Origin: Chiloscyllium plagiosum
Lineage: Eukaryota
DNA length: 64,000 bases
Assembly (NCBI RefSeq): GCF_004010195.1
Contig: NC_057720.1
Coordinates: forward strand, 1,190,706 to 1,254,705
Direction of reading: 5' to 3'
Part shown: positions 63,446 to 64,000 of the stretch, piece after piece
Numbering within the stretch: the first letter of the stretch is position 1
How the letters are laid out: each line of letters starts with the position of its first letter
Made by a program: the position numbers and the translations under genes
The notes under the pieces: generated by a model
Seen by the model: the letters and a program-made list of their open reading frames with translations, nothing else
The model's database searches: none
Told to the model about the DNA's origin: nothing

Positions 63446-64000
63446 AACATATGATATAGGGGCAGGAGGAGACCATTCGGCCCTCAAATCTGCTTCACTG
63501 TTCATGAGAAACTTTACTGACAGGCTGGTTGACTACAGTGTCCAATAAGAGTTGACCTGATTGTGGTTCCAATGCTACAGTCTGACTACTCCTGATAACC
63601 TCAATGGTCAAACACATTATACAGGTTGGAGCAATCAAACACAGGCAGCAAATGTCAGCCTGAGCAACAAAGTCTACATCCCACAGAAGAATTGAAAAAA
63701 ATACTTTTCTGTGATTCTGCAAAAAAAGAGACAGCTGAATGTTCTGACAGACCATTTCAGAGTGCAGTTAAATCTCGACTGTATCTGCTATGGGTCTGGA
63801 GTCTCATGTAAGACAGACCTGTTATAGTTGGCAAATTTCCTTCCCTGAAGGGTATTCACAAACATCACAACCACCGGTCACTGCTGTTAACGATGATGTT
63901 TCTTTACATCACCAGGAGAGCAAGATTACTGGCTGGGAAATAAAAACAAAAAGTGCTGGAGAAACTCAGGCAGCATCTGTGCAAACAGAAAGACAGTTAA

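Overview
Eukaryotic, repeat-rich vertebrate DNA, most likely from a shark or other cartilaginous fish (inferred from dense CR1 LINEs, HE1/V-SINE-type SINEs, Penelope-like elements and a DeuSINE-derived 33-bp satellite). The minus strand carries 11 consecutive, phase-compatible coding exons of TNNI3K (cardiac ankyrin-repeat kinase; 62980 down to 12047), covering ankyrin repeats through kinase subdomain V. Beyond a fixed 500-N scaffold gap lie two coding exons of LRRC53 (5160-3081), here on the same strand as TNNI3K. The introns are filled with nested retroelements: two near full-length CR1s, an L1/Tx1 3' end, a split Gypsy-type LTR element, a solo LTR and a Penelope-like element. The most notable signals are (1) many short Penelope-derived insertions carrying minimal hammerhead-ribozyme motifs, some as perfect palindromes with target-site duplications (TSDs); (2) an ORF1-less LINE with a tRNA-like Pol III head plus its internally deleted SINE-like derivatives; (3) a 5S rRNA copy fused antisense to a CR1 5' end; and (4) an apparent orientation/order anomaly of LRRC53 relative to TNNI3K. 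Repeat boundaries are approximate unless a TSD is quoted.
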